Origin: Anthoceros angustus
Lineage: Eukaryota; Plantae; Anthocerotophyta
Reading direction: 5' to 3'
NCBI GenBank assembly: GCA_010909165.1
Contig: VJWM01000260.1
Coordinates: 123,007 to 187,006, forward strand
DNA: 64,000 bases
Shown: piece by piece, positions 13,695 through 24,423 of the stretch
How the letters are laid out: the number at the start of each line of letters is the position of its first letter
Numbering within the stretch: the stretch's first letter is position 1
Position numbers and translations under genes: made by a program
The notes under the pieces: model-generated
What the model was told of the DNA's origin: nothing
What the model saw: only the letters and a program-made list of their open reading frames with translations
Database searches by the model: none

Positions 13695-13962
13695 TGATAG
13701 GAATAGTACATATTGTATTAGTATGTAATGTTAGTGATCACTATAAAGCTGAGGTTATGGCAAGTCCTAGGGATGTGTGGTCTACGATGTAGCACTATAA
13801 TAATATAGTGGTCACTCCAGGGTATATAAAGGGATCACTTCGAGACTGTCTAGTATCATTGTTGTTACAGGCTCTCTAGTGTTCTTTGTTGCAACCTCTG
13901 TGCTTCCTTTCTTCTGCTATAAAGTCTCTCTTATATTTTCATGATCCTGTGGATTCCTATCA
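13695..13962 (+). repeat. 3' LTR of copia element
   Basis: Preceded by a polypurine tract (13683-13694) and followed by TSD CCGAG. Confidence 0.95.
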
Positions 13963-14085
13963 CCGAGGACGGAATGGGAGTCACATGACGACGAACGAAT
14001 GACATGGATGCCTCGGATGCGGAAGATAAATTATACTAGGCACCTAATATACTAGATAATTTAAAAAGGGCTGGTTCGTCGTCAC

Positions 14086-17000
14086 TCATGGTCGACCCTT
14101 ACAACTACAACAACCAGCAGCGAAACGATGCACACGGTACCCATCCCTTACAACAATCTCCCTCTTCTCAACCCTTGACATGATCTCCGTGGAACTATGA
14201 CAGTCACTACACATCCTTAGATTCTTCGTAACCACCAAAGGTGTGCCACCCGGAGTGTTCAAAAGACCATATGCAAGAGCCAGCTTCTCAGCATGCCCGC
14301 AAAGCGAATCTTCCTTCGCCTTCTCAGACAGTGCCTTCAACACCAACTTCGTGTGTGGCACGTGGCCCCCTTCCTCCTTCACGCGTCCATTCATGCTCTC
14401 TACCTCGAGAGCTATATCGTTTCTGTTTTCTCCGACCACAAATGTATGTACCTGCTTCTTAACCTCAATGCCCGCCACTGCAGGTTTCTTCTTAGCTCCT
14501 GCTACCAGTCTGTGTGTTTCAATCCTCTCTACATCGGCCCACCTACCAGCATCTGCATAGGCATTGGCCATGAGCACATATGACGATGCACCCTGAGGCT
14601 CCAGTCTAATGAGACTTTCGTAACACCGTGCTGCCCTCTCTATGTCCCCGTAACTTCTGCAAGCATTCAGCAAAGACATCAACCCCACAACATTGCTTTT
14701 GCTCTCACATGATAATAGCATGTTCTCTGCCTCATCTAAATGCCCTGCACGCCCAAGAAGATCAATCATGCAATTGTAATGCTCAACAGTAGGTTTGACC
14801 CCATGCTGTTCAACCATGGAATCAAAGTGCTTGCGACCCTCATCAACCAGTCCCTCATGACTGCATGCTACTAAAAGGCAAGTAAAAGTAGCATCATCGG
14901 GCTGAATACCGGCAACTAACATCTCCTCAAAACAAGCTAGTGCGTTGCGACCTTCATCACAAGTGCCACACCCAGCTATAAGGGCCGTCCATGTCACCAC
15001 ATCCTTTGTGGCCAAGCTATCAAAAACCCTGCGTGCATCTTCCAGTTCACCACACTTTGCATACATGTCCACCAGGCAGTTGCCCACCAGTATGTTATCC
15101 AGCTGACCTCTTTCCACGATCTGTGAGTGCAGCTGCCTGCCCTTCTGCAAGGCACCAGCGCCTGCACAGGCCTTCAGAAGGCAAGCAAAAGTAACATGGT
15201 TCCCCACCATGAGGCCCTCCTGCTCCATTTCTCCATGAAGAACAAGCGCCTCTTGATAGAACCCATGATTTGCATACCCAGCTATCAGGGCCGTCCATGT
15301 CACAACATCCTTTGTGGCCAAGCTCTCAAAAACCCTTCGCGCATCTTCTAGTTCGCCACATTTTGCATACATGTCCACCAAGGAGTTGCCCACCAGAACG
15401 TTATTTACCTGTCCTCTTTCTACGATCTGCGAATGCAGCCGCCTGCCTTTCTGTAATGCACCAGCAGTTGCACAGGCCTTCAGAAGACAAGCAAAAGTAA
15501 CCTCATCAGCCACAATCAGGTTCTGCTGCTCCATTTGTTCATAAAGAACGAGCGCCTCTTGACCAAGCCCATGATTTGCATACCCAGCTATAAGGACTGT
15601 CCATGTCACCACATCCCTTGAGGTCAAGCTGTCAAAAACCATCCGTGCATCTTCCAGTTCGCCACATTTTGCATACATGTCCACCAGGCAGTTCCCAACC
15701 AGCATGTTATCTAACAGTCCTCTTTCCACAATCTGTGAGTGCAGCTGCCTGCCCTTCTGTAAAGCACCAGCGCTTGCACAGGCCTTCAAAAGACAAGCAA
15801 AAATAACATGGTCAGCCACAATGAGGCCCTCCTGCTCCATTTGTGCGTACATAACAAGAGCCTCTTGGCCGAGCCCATGATTTACATACCCAGCTATCAG
15901 GGCCGTCCATGTCACAACATCCTTCTTGACCAAGCTGTGAAAAGCCCTGCGCGCATCTTCCAGATTGCCACATTTTGCATACATGTCCACAAGGCAGTTG
16001 CCCACCAGCGTGTTCTCTAGCTGTCCTCTTTCCACAATCTGTGAGTGCAGCTGCCTGCCCTTCTGTAAGGCACCAGCACTTGCACAGGCCTTCAGAAGGC
16101 AAGCAAAAGTAACATGGTCGGCCAAAATCACCCCCTCCTGCTCCATTTGTCCATACAGAACAACAAGCGCCTTGGCCAAGCCCATGATTTGCATACCCAG
16201 CAATCAGGGCCGTCCATGTCACCACATCCTTTGTGGCCAAGCTGTCAAACACCCGCGTGCATATTCCAGTTCGCCACATTTTGCATACATGTCCACCAGG
16301 CAGTTGCCAACAAACAAGTTGGCAGGAATGCCACTGCGCAACACATCACAATGCACCTCTCTGCCAGATTCCAAGTCCGCTGCAAATGCACAAGCTTGAA
16401 GAACCGCTACAAAGACGTGAGCATTTGCCTCCACACCTGAGCTACGCATTTCATGGTACAGTTGTATGGCCTGTTTAGGTTTTCCATGTTTAGCATGGCG
16501 GAGATTATGGAAACCACATGAAGGCATCTGGTTTGCCCACCCTGGTGAACACATCCATGGCCTCCTGTAGCCTACCACCACATGCATACATGCGCAAGAT
16601 ATGGTTCCCCAAGAATGCATTCGACTCATACCCAAGTTTGACGGTGAGATCATGAACTCGTCGCCCCACAACCAAATCCTTCTTGACCAAGCTGTCAAAA
16701 CCTGCGCATCTTCCAGTTGCCACATTTTGCATACATGTCCACCAAGGCAGTTGCCCACCAGCGTGTTCTCTAGCTGTCCTCTTTCCACAATCTGTGAGTG
16801 CAGCTGCCTGCCCTTCTGCACCAGCACTTGCAGGCCTTCAGAAGGCAAGCAAAAGTAACATGGTTTCCCATAATCAGGCCCTCCTGCTCCATTTCTCCAT
16901 GAAGAACAAGCGCCTCTTGACCAAGACCATGATTTGCATACCCAGCTATCAAGGCCGTCCATGTCACCACATCCTTTGAGGGCAAGCTGTCAAACACCCG

Positions 17001-18809
17001 CGTGCATATTCCAGTTCGCCACATTTTGCATACATGTCCACCAGGCAGTTGCCAACAAACAAGTTGGCAGGAATGCCACTGTGCAACACATCACAATGCA
17101 CCTCTCTGCCAGATTCCAAGTCCGCTGCAAATGCACAAGCTTGAAGGGCAGCTACAAAGACGTGAGCATTTGCCTCCACACCTGAGCTACGCATCTCATG
17201 GTACAGTTGTATGGCCTGTTTAGGTTTTCCATGTTTAGCATGGCGGAGATTATGGAAACCACATGAAGGCATCTGGTTTGCCCACCCTGGTGAACACATC
17301 CATGGCCTCCTGTAGCCTACCACCACATGCATACATGCGCAAGATATGGTTCCCCAAGAATGCATTCGACTCATACCCAAGTTTGACGGTGAGATCATGA
17401 ACTCGTCGCCCCACAACCAAATCCTTCTTGACCAAGCTGTGAAAAGCCCTGCGCGCATCTTCCAGATTGCCACATTTTGCATACATGTCCACAAGGCAGT
17501 TGCCCACCAGCGTGTTCTCTAGCTGTCCTCTTTCCACAATCTGTGAGTGCAGCTGCCTGCCCTTCTGTATGGCACCAGCACTTCCGCAGGCCTGCAGAAG
17601 GCAAGCAAAAGTAACATGGTTTCCCATAATTCGGCCCTCCTGCTCCATCTCTCCATACAGAACAAGCGCCTCTTGACCAAGACCATGATTTGCATACCCA
17701 GCTATCAAGGCCGTCCATGTCACCACATCCTTTGAGGGCAAGCTGTCAAACACCCGGCGTGCATATTCCAGTTCGCCACATTTTGCATACATGTCCACCA
17801 GGCAGTTGCCAACAAACAAGTTGGCAGGAATGCCACTGCGCAACACATCACAATGCACCTCTCTGCCAGATTCCAAGTCCGCTGCAAATGCACAAGCTTG
17901 AAGAACCGCTACAAAGACGTGAGCATTTGCCTCCACACCTGAGCTACGCATTTCATGGTACAGTTGTATGGCCTGTTTAGGTTTTCCATGTTTGGCATAG
18001 GCGGAGATTATGGAAACCCACATGAAGGCATCTGGTTTGCCCACCCTGGTGAACACATCCATGGCCTCCTGTAGCCTACCACCACATGCGTACATGCGCA
18101 GAATATGGTTCCCCAAGAATGCATTCGACTCATACCCAAGTTTGACGGTGAGATCATGAACTCGTCGCCCCGCAACCAGGTCCTTCTTAGCTGCACATAG
18201 TTTTAGCACAGAATAAAAGAGAGACTGAGAAATAGGGCAGTGTGTCTGCGCCAGAGATTCCATGGCTCCAACGGCCTCCGCAAGCTTCCCTTGTTGACAT
18301 AACGTGCTCACGGTTACAGCCGATACGACGCCCATTTCCGATCCAGCACGTCTGCCTGGCTTAGTCTTATTCGGAGAGCTGGACTTGGAAGGGGAGGCAC
18401 CGTTTCCCATCTGCATAGTCAAAGAAAAGAGCTGATCATCCACCCAAGCTGGCTTCAAAATGTTGTTCAACCAGAGGACCTCGCCGGACACCTTATGCCG
18501 GAAGTCAGGCGAACCAGAGCTCTTCTTACCTCCCCTGTCATCCCACCACATGGGAGGGTCCAGAAAAAATTGTCGCCACAAGAGTTCCTGTTCTTGCAGT
18601 TGCTGCTGGCCACCACCATCGCTGGACAATCCTTTCCCAGCCATCCATTTTTTCGGAAGTGCTGGGTTCATGCCGGTGCCGACGGAGGCTTGCTTGTTTG
18701 ACGGCGGTTCACTACCTGCGGTGAGGTGAGGAGGAGCTCCTCGTTGAGAAGCTATACACCCAATAATTTGTTGTGTCCACAACGGATCCGTTTGCCATAC
18801 TGTTACCAT
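14086..18809 (-). CDS. PLS-class PPR RNA-editing factor with E1/E2 and DYW:KP (GRP-type) domain plus N-terminal PDF motif; as assembled, interrupted by two frameshifted internal duplications (17420-15919). Possibly a pseudogene or mis-assembly.
   Basis: ORFs 17250-18842 and 14086-16203 give P-L-S triplets (VVTWTALIAGY / TFACLLKAC / VGNCLVDMYAKCG), then KKPAVAGIEV, HAEKLA, CSDCH and terminal CSCKGRP. First ATG at 18809. Joining 17421 to 15918 gives one uninterrupted frame of ~1073 aa. Confidence 0.88.
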
Positions 18810-18900
18810 CCCACAGGCGCTGCTCTTGGTAGGGAGGGGCACAACAAATTATGTGGGACGTTTAAGGGGATCTAGGTCTTGTGCATGATCACACGACTCT

Positions 18901-19285
18901 TGTGTCCAAATGGCTTAGGCCAAATGGACACACATTTATAAGAACGTGATTATTAAGCATCCTGCGCTTGGATCGGTACTTAGATGGGGTGCCTAAAGGG
19001 ACATTTATAACTAAGCCATTTGGACACACATTTATAAGAACGTGATTATTAAGCATCCTGCGCTTGGATCGGTACTTAGATGGGGTGCCTAAAGGGACAT
19101 TTATAAGAACGTGATTATTAAGCATCCTGCGCTTGGATCGGTACTTAGATGGGGTGCCTAAAGGGAATGGATGCCCTTGGTGCAAGTAGCTTAGGCATAC
19201 CATGGTACACGTTGTTAAGTACCAAGTCCCATGACGGAAATCCGTCCTTAGTGGACTTAAATAAAATTCTTCTTCTTCTCTTCTT
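18901..19285. mobile_element. Dispersed repeat copy 3 (hairpin end left, (TTC)n end right) with internal tandem re-duplications
   Basis: The block atttataagaacgtgattattaagcatcc...gtgcctaaaggga occurs three times before the 3' half. Confidence 0.75.
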
Positions 19286-19521
19286 AGCGAGGGCAGTATA
19301 GACGGTGCGAGGGCAGTATAGACGGTTTACAGAGGGCAACAAGACCAACATTGAAACGAAGAGCGCGCATCATCATGCAAGGGGCCTAGGTCTTGTGCTC
19401 GATCAATCGCCTAGGTCTTGTGCTCGATCAATCGACGATTGACAACGACAGTGAAGGCAGATTGCAGAGGGCAACGAGACCAGGCGCAGCTGAGGGTCAA
19501 AACCTGTATTCTGGTTGATCC

Positions 19522-19544
19522 CGCTAGAGGGAGGCTTGAACCTC

Positions 19545-19577
<33 letters not shown>

Positions 19578-19594
19578 AACTGAGCTACTCCAGC
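19522..19594 (-). tRNA. trnN-GUU: tRNA-Asn(GUU), copy 1
   Basis: GCTGGAGTAGCTCAGTTGGTTAGAGCGTGTGGCT-GTT-AACCACAAGGTCGGAGGTTCAAGCCTCCCTCTAGCG folds into a cloverleaf like plant cytosolic tRNA-Asn; TTTT about 20 nt downstream. T-loop appears 1 nt short. Confidence 0.9.
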
Positions 19595-20149
19595 TGACTG
19601 ACACTTGACTCACAGGCTTTAAGATTTATACATAAACATACTGTACAACACCAATAAAATCAAAATAATTTATTTTTAATATATTATTTATATATATATA
19701 TACATATAATCTATGTAGAAAAGGGATGTTTGTCTCTATACGTTTTCATGCCTTCACATAGCGCCCACCCGCTCCTCCCATTATACAAGCATCTATGTGG
19801 CATAATCTAGGACATTTGAGTCATTTGGCCTAAATTTTCACAAGCATCTATGTGGCATAATCTAGGACATTTGAGTCATTTGGCCTAAATTTTCACTAAA
19901 ACACTCGCCACAGCCATTATCGTGGTCTAACCATCTAATTAATATATAAAGATTCTATGGCATCTTTTGTCTTATATTGGAAGATCATAGAAAGCATTAA
20001 TTGTTTTAAGAATTGCATAATATTGTAAAACATGATAAGAAGCAAGCTCCATCTTGCACTAAAATGTATAAAAAAATTGATAATAACAACTATATAGAAG
20101 AAGAAGAAGAAGAAGAATTTTATTTAAGTCCACTTAGGACGGATTCATG

Positions 20150-20570
20150 TGGACTTGGAAGGCACCGTTTCCCATCTGCATAGTCAAAGAAAAGAGCTGA
20201 TCATCCACCCAAGCTGGCTTCAAAATGTTGTTCAACCAGAGGACCTCGCCGGACACCTTATGCCGGAAGTCAGGCGAACCAGAGCTCTTCTTACCTCCCT
20301 GTCATCCCACCACATGGGAGGGTCCAGAAAAATTGTCGCCACAAGAGTTCCTGTTCTTGCAGTTGCTGCTGGCCACCACCATCGCTGGACAATCCTTTCC
20401 CAGCCATCCATTTTTCGGAAGTGCTGGGTTCATGCCGGTGCCGACGGAGGCTTGCTTGTTTGACGGCGGTTCACTACCTGCAGTGAGGTGAGGAGGAGCT
20501 CCTCGTTGAGAAGCTATACATAATAATTTGTTGTGTCCACAACGGATCCGTTTGCCATACTGTTACCATC
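20150..20570 (-). pseudogene. Truncated, frameshifted duplicate of the PPR gene 5' end (includes PDF motif)
   Basis: Matches 18383-18809 with small deletions and stops at the duplication junction, before any PPR motif. Confidence 0.8.
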
Positions 20571-20659
20571 CCACAGGCGCTGCTCTTGGTAGGGAGGGGC
20601 ACAACAAATTATGTGGGACGTTTAAGGGATCTAGGTCTTGTGCATGATCACACGACTCT

Positions 20660-21044
20660 TGTGTCCAAATGGCTTAGGCCAAATGGACACACATTTATAA
20701 GAACGTGATTATTAAGCATCCTGCGCTTGGATCGGTACTTAGATGGGGTGCCTAAAGGGACATTTATAACTAAGCCATTTGGACACACATTTATAAGAAC
20801 GTGATTATTAAGCATCCTGCGCTTGGATCGGTACTTAGATGGGGTGCCTAAAGGGACATTTATAAGAACGTGATTATTAAGCATCCTGCGCTTGGATCAG
20901 TACTTAGATGGGGTGCCTAAAGGGAATGGATGCCCTTGGTGCAAGTAGCTTAGGCATACCATGGTACACGTTGTTAAGTACCAAGTCCCATGACGGAAAT
21001 CCGTCCTTAGTGGACTTAAATAAAATTCTTCTTCTTCTCTTCTT
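20660..21044. mobile_element. Dispersed repeat copy 5 (duplicate of copy 3)
   Basis: Almost identical to 18901-19285; a family stub (copy 4) lies at 20095-20146. Confidence 0.75.
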
Positions 21045-21280
21045 AGCGAGGGCAGTATAGACGGTGCGAGGGCAGTATAGACGGTTTACAGAGGGCAACA
21101 AGACCAACATTGAAACGAAGAGCGCGCATCATCATGCAAGGGGCCTAGGTCTTGTGCTCGATCAATCGCCTAGGTCTTGTGCTCGATCAATCGACGATTG
21201 ACAACGACAGTGAAGGCAGATTGCAGAGGGCAACGAGACCAGGCGCAGCTGAGGGTCAAAACCTGTATTCTGGTTGATCC

Positions 21281-21303
21281 CGCTAGAGGGAGGCTTGAAC
21301 CTC

Positions 21304-21336
<33 letters not shown>

Positions 21337-21353
21337 AACTGAGCTACTCCAGC
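21281..21353 (-). tRNA. trnN-GUU: tRNA-Asn(GUU), copy 2
   Basis: Identical to 19522-19594. Confidence 0.9.
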
Positions 21354-21861
21354 TGACTGACACTTGACTCACAGGCTTTAAGATTTATACATAAACATAC
21401 TGTACAACACCAATAAAATCAAAATAATTTATTTTTAATATATTATTTATATATATATATACATATAATCTATGTAGAAAAGGGATGTTTGTCTCTATAC
21501 GTTTTCATGCCTTCACATAGCGCCCACCCGCTCCTCCCATTATACAAGCATCTATGTGGCATAATCTAGGACATTTGAGTCATTTGGCCTAAATTTTCAC
21601 AAGCATCTATGTGGCATAATCTAGGACATTTGAGTCATTTGGCCTAAATTTTCACTAAAACACTCGCCCTGGCCATTATCAGGGTCTAACCATCTAATTA
21701 ATATATAAAGATTCTATGGCATCTTTTGTCTTAACGCCCATTGGAAGATCATAGAAAGCATTAATTGTTTTAAGAATTGCATAATATTGTAAAACATGAT
21801 AAGAAGCAAGCTCCATCTTGCACTAAAATGTATAAAAAAAATTGATAATAACAACTATATA

Positions 21862-22128
21862 GAAGAAGAAGAAGAAGAAGAATTTTATTTAAGTCCACTT
21901 AGGACGGATTTCCGTCGTGGGACTTGGTACCTAACAACTTGTACCATGGTGTGCCTAAGCTACTTGCACCAAGGGCATCCACTCCCTTTAGGCACCCCAT
22001 CTAAGTACTGATCTAAGCTCAGGATGATCTAAGCTCAGGATGCTTAATCGCGGCGTTCTTACAAATGTGTGTCCATTTGGCCTAAGCCAACAAATGTGTG
22101 TCCATTTGGCCTAAGCCATTTGGACACA
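21862..22128. mobile_element. Dispersed repeat copy 6 ((GAA)n left, hairpin right, hairpin end partly duplicated)
   Basis: Full family match ending tgtgtccatttggcctaagccatttggacaca. Confidence 0.75.
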
Positions 22129-24258
22129 CGTACATCCAAAAAGGCGAATCGGGGTTGGTATCCCAAATATGTTTTATCTTATATGACCATGGTGGCTTCT
22201 ATTATTTTGATAAATACTCATTGTACCTTGTTATTACCTTGTATGTTTTACGTAAACGTCCCTCTGTGAAAAAAGCCCAAAGAGTCCACATCCCCGCCGT
22301 CACGAGCCATGTCAGGTTCCTTATGCGAGCTGTCATGTCATGTAAATAACAATAGATTACCTATGGATGTATGCCTATGGATCAAATATTCCTCCAATAA
22401 ACTAGTCGGAAAGATATTCACATGACTTGTAGCTTGTCGACTCATATGCCTTCCAACATCAATAACTATTCGAATAATGAAGATTTGGAGAAAGAAGAAG
22501 AATATGTCGGAGGAAGTTCACTATAACATCTAGCAACAAACATTTTTGGAGGAGGAAGAAAATAAGAAGAAGAGTTTATAAGACGAAGTTCAGGAAGTAC
22601 ATCCAAGGGCAAAACTATCGTAGTGAGATAGTTGCACATAAGAGCGGACAGCCGTTTGCAAAAACTTACATGTATATTATAAATTTCTTAATTGTATTTT
22701 TTGGAAGGAGGGCCACTGTTAATGTGGTCACAAGAAAAGCATTCTCCTCAACTCACATTGTCACGTCTCTTTAACGACGTCCTTGCAAATTTGTGTGGCA
22801 TTTCAACTTATCCGGATTGTTAACTGAATTGTTGCACGAGGTAAGCAATCATATAAGCATTTCCTCAACCGACAAACCAAGAAAAACAAATCTAGTATGC
22901 AAATATAGGTGCAAACTAATAACAATAGGAGAGAGTAGCTCGCACGTTGTGGCACAAACACACTCTCCTCACGAGAACAATACGCAAATTCCTCTGCACA
23001 CATCGCTCTCGAAGTCATAGCTTTGGCCTCCTCACAACACTATTGCATTGCATATGTAGAGGACAAGCTACGATCTGAGCTTGTCCTTTGTGAAAGGGTC
23101 TAGATATACTAGCCCTTAGCATCGACATATTCCTAAGATATCTTATTGGCATCAGTATATGCCGAAAATATCCTAAGAATACACTATAATATGCAAAGAA
23201 TATCCTAAAGCATATTACTTGTGCTTGTCCACTTAGCTATTGCTAACCATGTCTAATTAATATCAATCAATTCTTAATTAACATGAGGATTTTAGATTAA
23301 TTAATACTCATTGCTTAATTAAAGATAAGTAATTAGATTAATTAATTCTAATCAAACACCAAACTCAAGTGCAGAGATTAGTGTCACACGACATGATAGA
23401 ATACTAATCGATTGATGCTATTGTTGGACATTTCCTATTTAGTGCAGGACTCACACTCCTATCTTGTTTTCATGAGCCTGAATGGCTATGAGAGGAGAGA
23501 TTCACAAGATATGATATCATACATCTAGATTAAGTGCCTTTGCATTGCATAATCAACGTGTGTTATGACAAAAATGAGGAGATTTCATTCAAAACGCGGA
23601 GATGGATAATCCCATTTACACCAAGACATTGAGAAACAGACCCCTAAAGAGATGTTTGGTCGTTTGCTTGTCGTTTAGTTACATTCGCGCACCTCTGCAT
23701 CTCACAACTCATGGCTAAACCATCGGGCTTGTATTTCAGCCGGTGCCTCCTCACCACACTGCCCATCCTGTGTGCTGATAGGTTCCTTTGTAGCGTTGCA
23801 TCTATTCACAGGGAAGGGGCATGACAGTTAGGTGAAGAAACTGAAATGCTGTTACTTTTCATTTTTTGAAACTAACCTCCATGACGTTTTGGCTAACCAA
23901 GCAAGCTACTTAGAAGAATTTGATGAGGAGGTTAGCAAGAGAAGGCTAGGATAAGACATTATCTCTTCCTCCTCCTGCTACCCCCACCAAGTCTTCTGCA
24001 CTTGTGGTCAGATTCATGTTTAGGAAACAATAGGGAGCTAACCTCATCTGTGCGGGACGTTTCAGCATTACCAGGACCATCGTAAAGCCATAGCTTCTAC
24101 GTACCCTGTTAGAATTGCATGTCCACCTGCTACGTACCCTGTTAGAATTGCACTTGTTGATGCATTAGCTCACCAGTTCCTGAAACTGAATTTGAAACCC
24201 AAGCCTGTAAGCATGTCTGCCTACTGCATTATAGGTATAGAGCAGTGTTTTGTGGTGT

Positions 24259-24423
24259 GCAAATTTGTTGCATTTGCTATGGAAGCCTGTTATGTAACAA
24301 CTTGGTGAGTGGTTTGCAAATTTGTTGCATTTGCTATGAAAGTTTGTTGTGTACCAACTTGGTGAGTGGTTTGCAAATTTGTTGCATTTGCTATGGAAGT
24401 CTGATGTGTAGCAACTTGGTGAG
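24259..24423. repeat. Minisatellite, 57-bp unit x ~3
   Basis: gcaaatttgttgcatttgctatg...aacttggtgagtggttt starts at 24259, 24316 and 24373. Confidence 0.88.

Larger units (their letters stand above)
7990..13962 (+). mobile_element. Ty1/copia LTR retrotransposon, both ends intact, internally rearranged and non-functional
   Basis: 268-bp LTRs (TGATAGGAAT...ATTCCTATCA), 5-bp TSD CCGAG (7985-7989 and 13963-13967), PBS TGGTATCAGAGC, PPT AAGGGGAGGGAA. Order is gag (IPKFNGSNF, from ~8717), integrase (HSDVCGP; RTNNGGEY with catalytic D to N), RT (KARLVAKG, YVDDL; 11889-13328), RNase H (VALSSTEAEY). Several frameshifts. Confidence 0.97.
18383..21910. repeat. Tandem segmental duplication, ~1.76-kb unit (18383-20147 and 20150-21910)
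   Basis: Both units contain the PPR 5' end, a repeat-family copy, tRNA-Asn and the same AT-rich spacer; the tRNA offset is 1759 nt; the junction lies on the shared 8-mer ggacttgg. Confidence 0.92.

Noticed and set aside
16433-17942. Rescue of the PPR frame by splicing between duplicated CAG|GTGTGG sites
   Set aside because: The product would keep copy-3 deletions and hit a TGA at 16219-16221; there is no polypyrimidine tract.
14241-18729. Many 60-150 aa plus-strand ORFs over the PPR gene
   Set aside because: Antisense shadows of repeated PPR codons.
18901-19285. Hammerhead or HDV-like ribozyme, tRNA-SINE, or canonical Helitron identity for the repeat
   Set aside because: No CTGATGA/GAAA hammerhead core, spacing too short for HDV P3/L3, no convincing B box, and no TC...CTRR ends. 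Left unclassified.
23400-23800. PIF/Harbinger transposase remnant
   Set aside because: Only vague resemblance (FGRL..., LLHH-like) across frameshifts; cannot be supported without a profile search.
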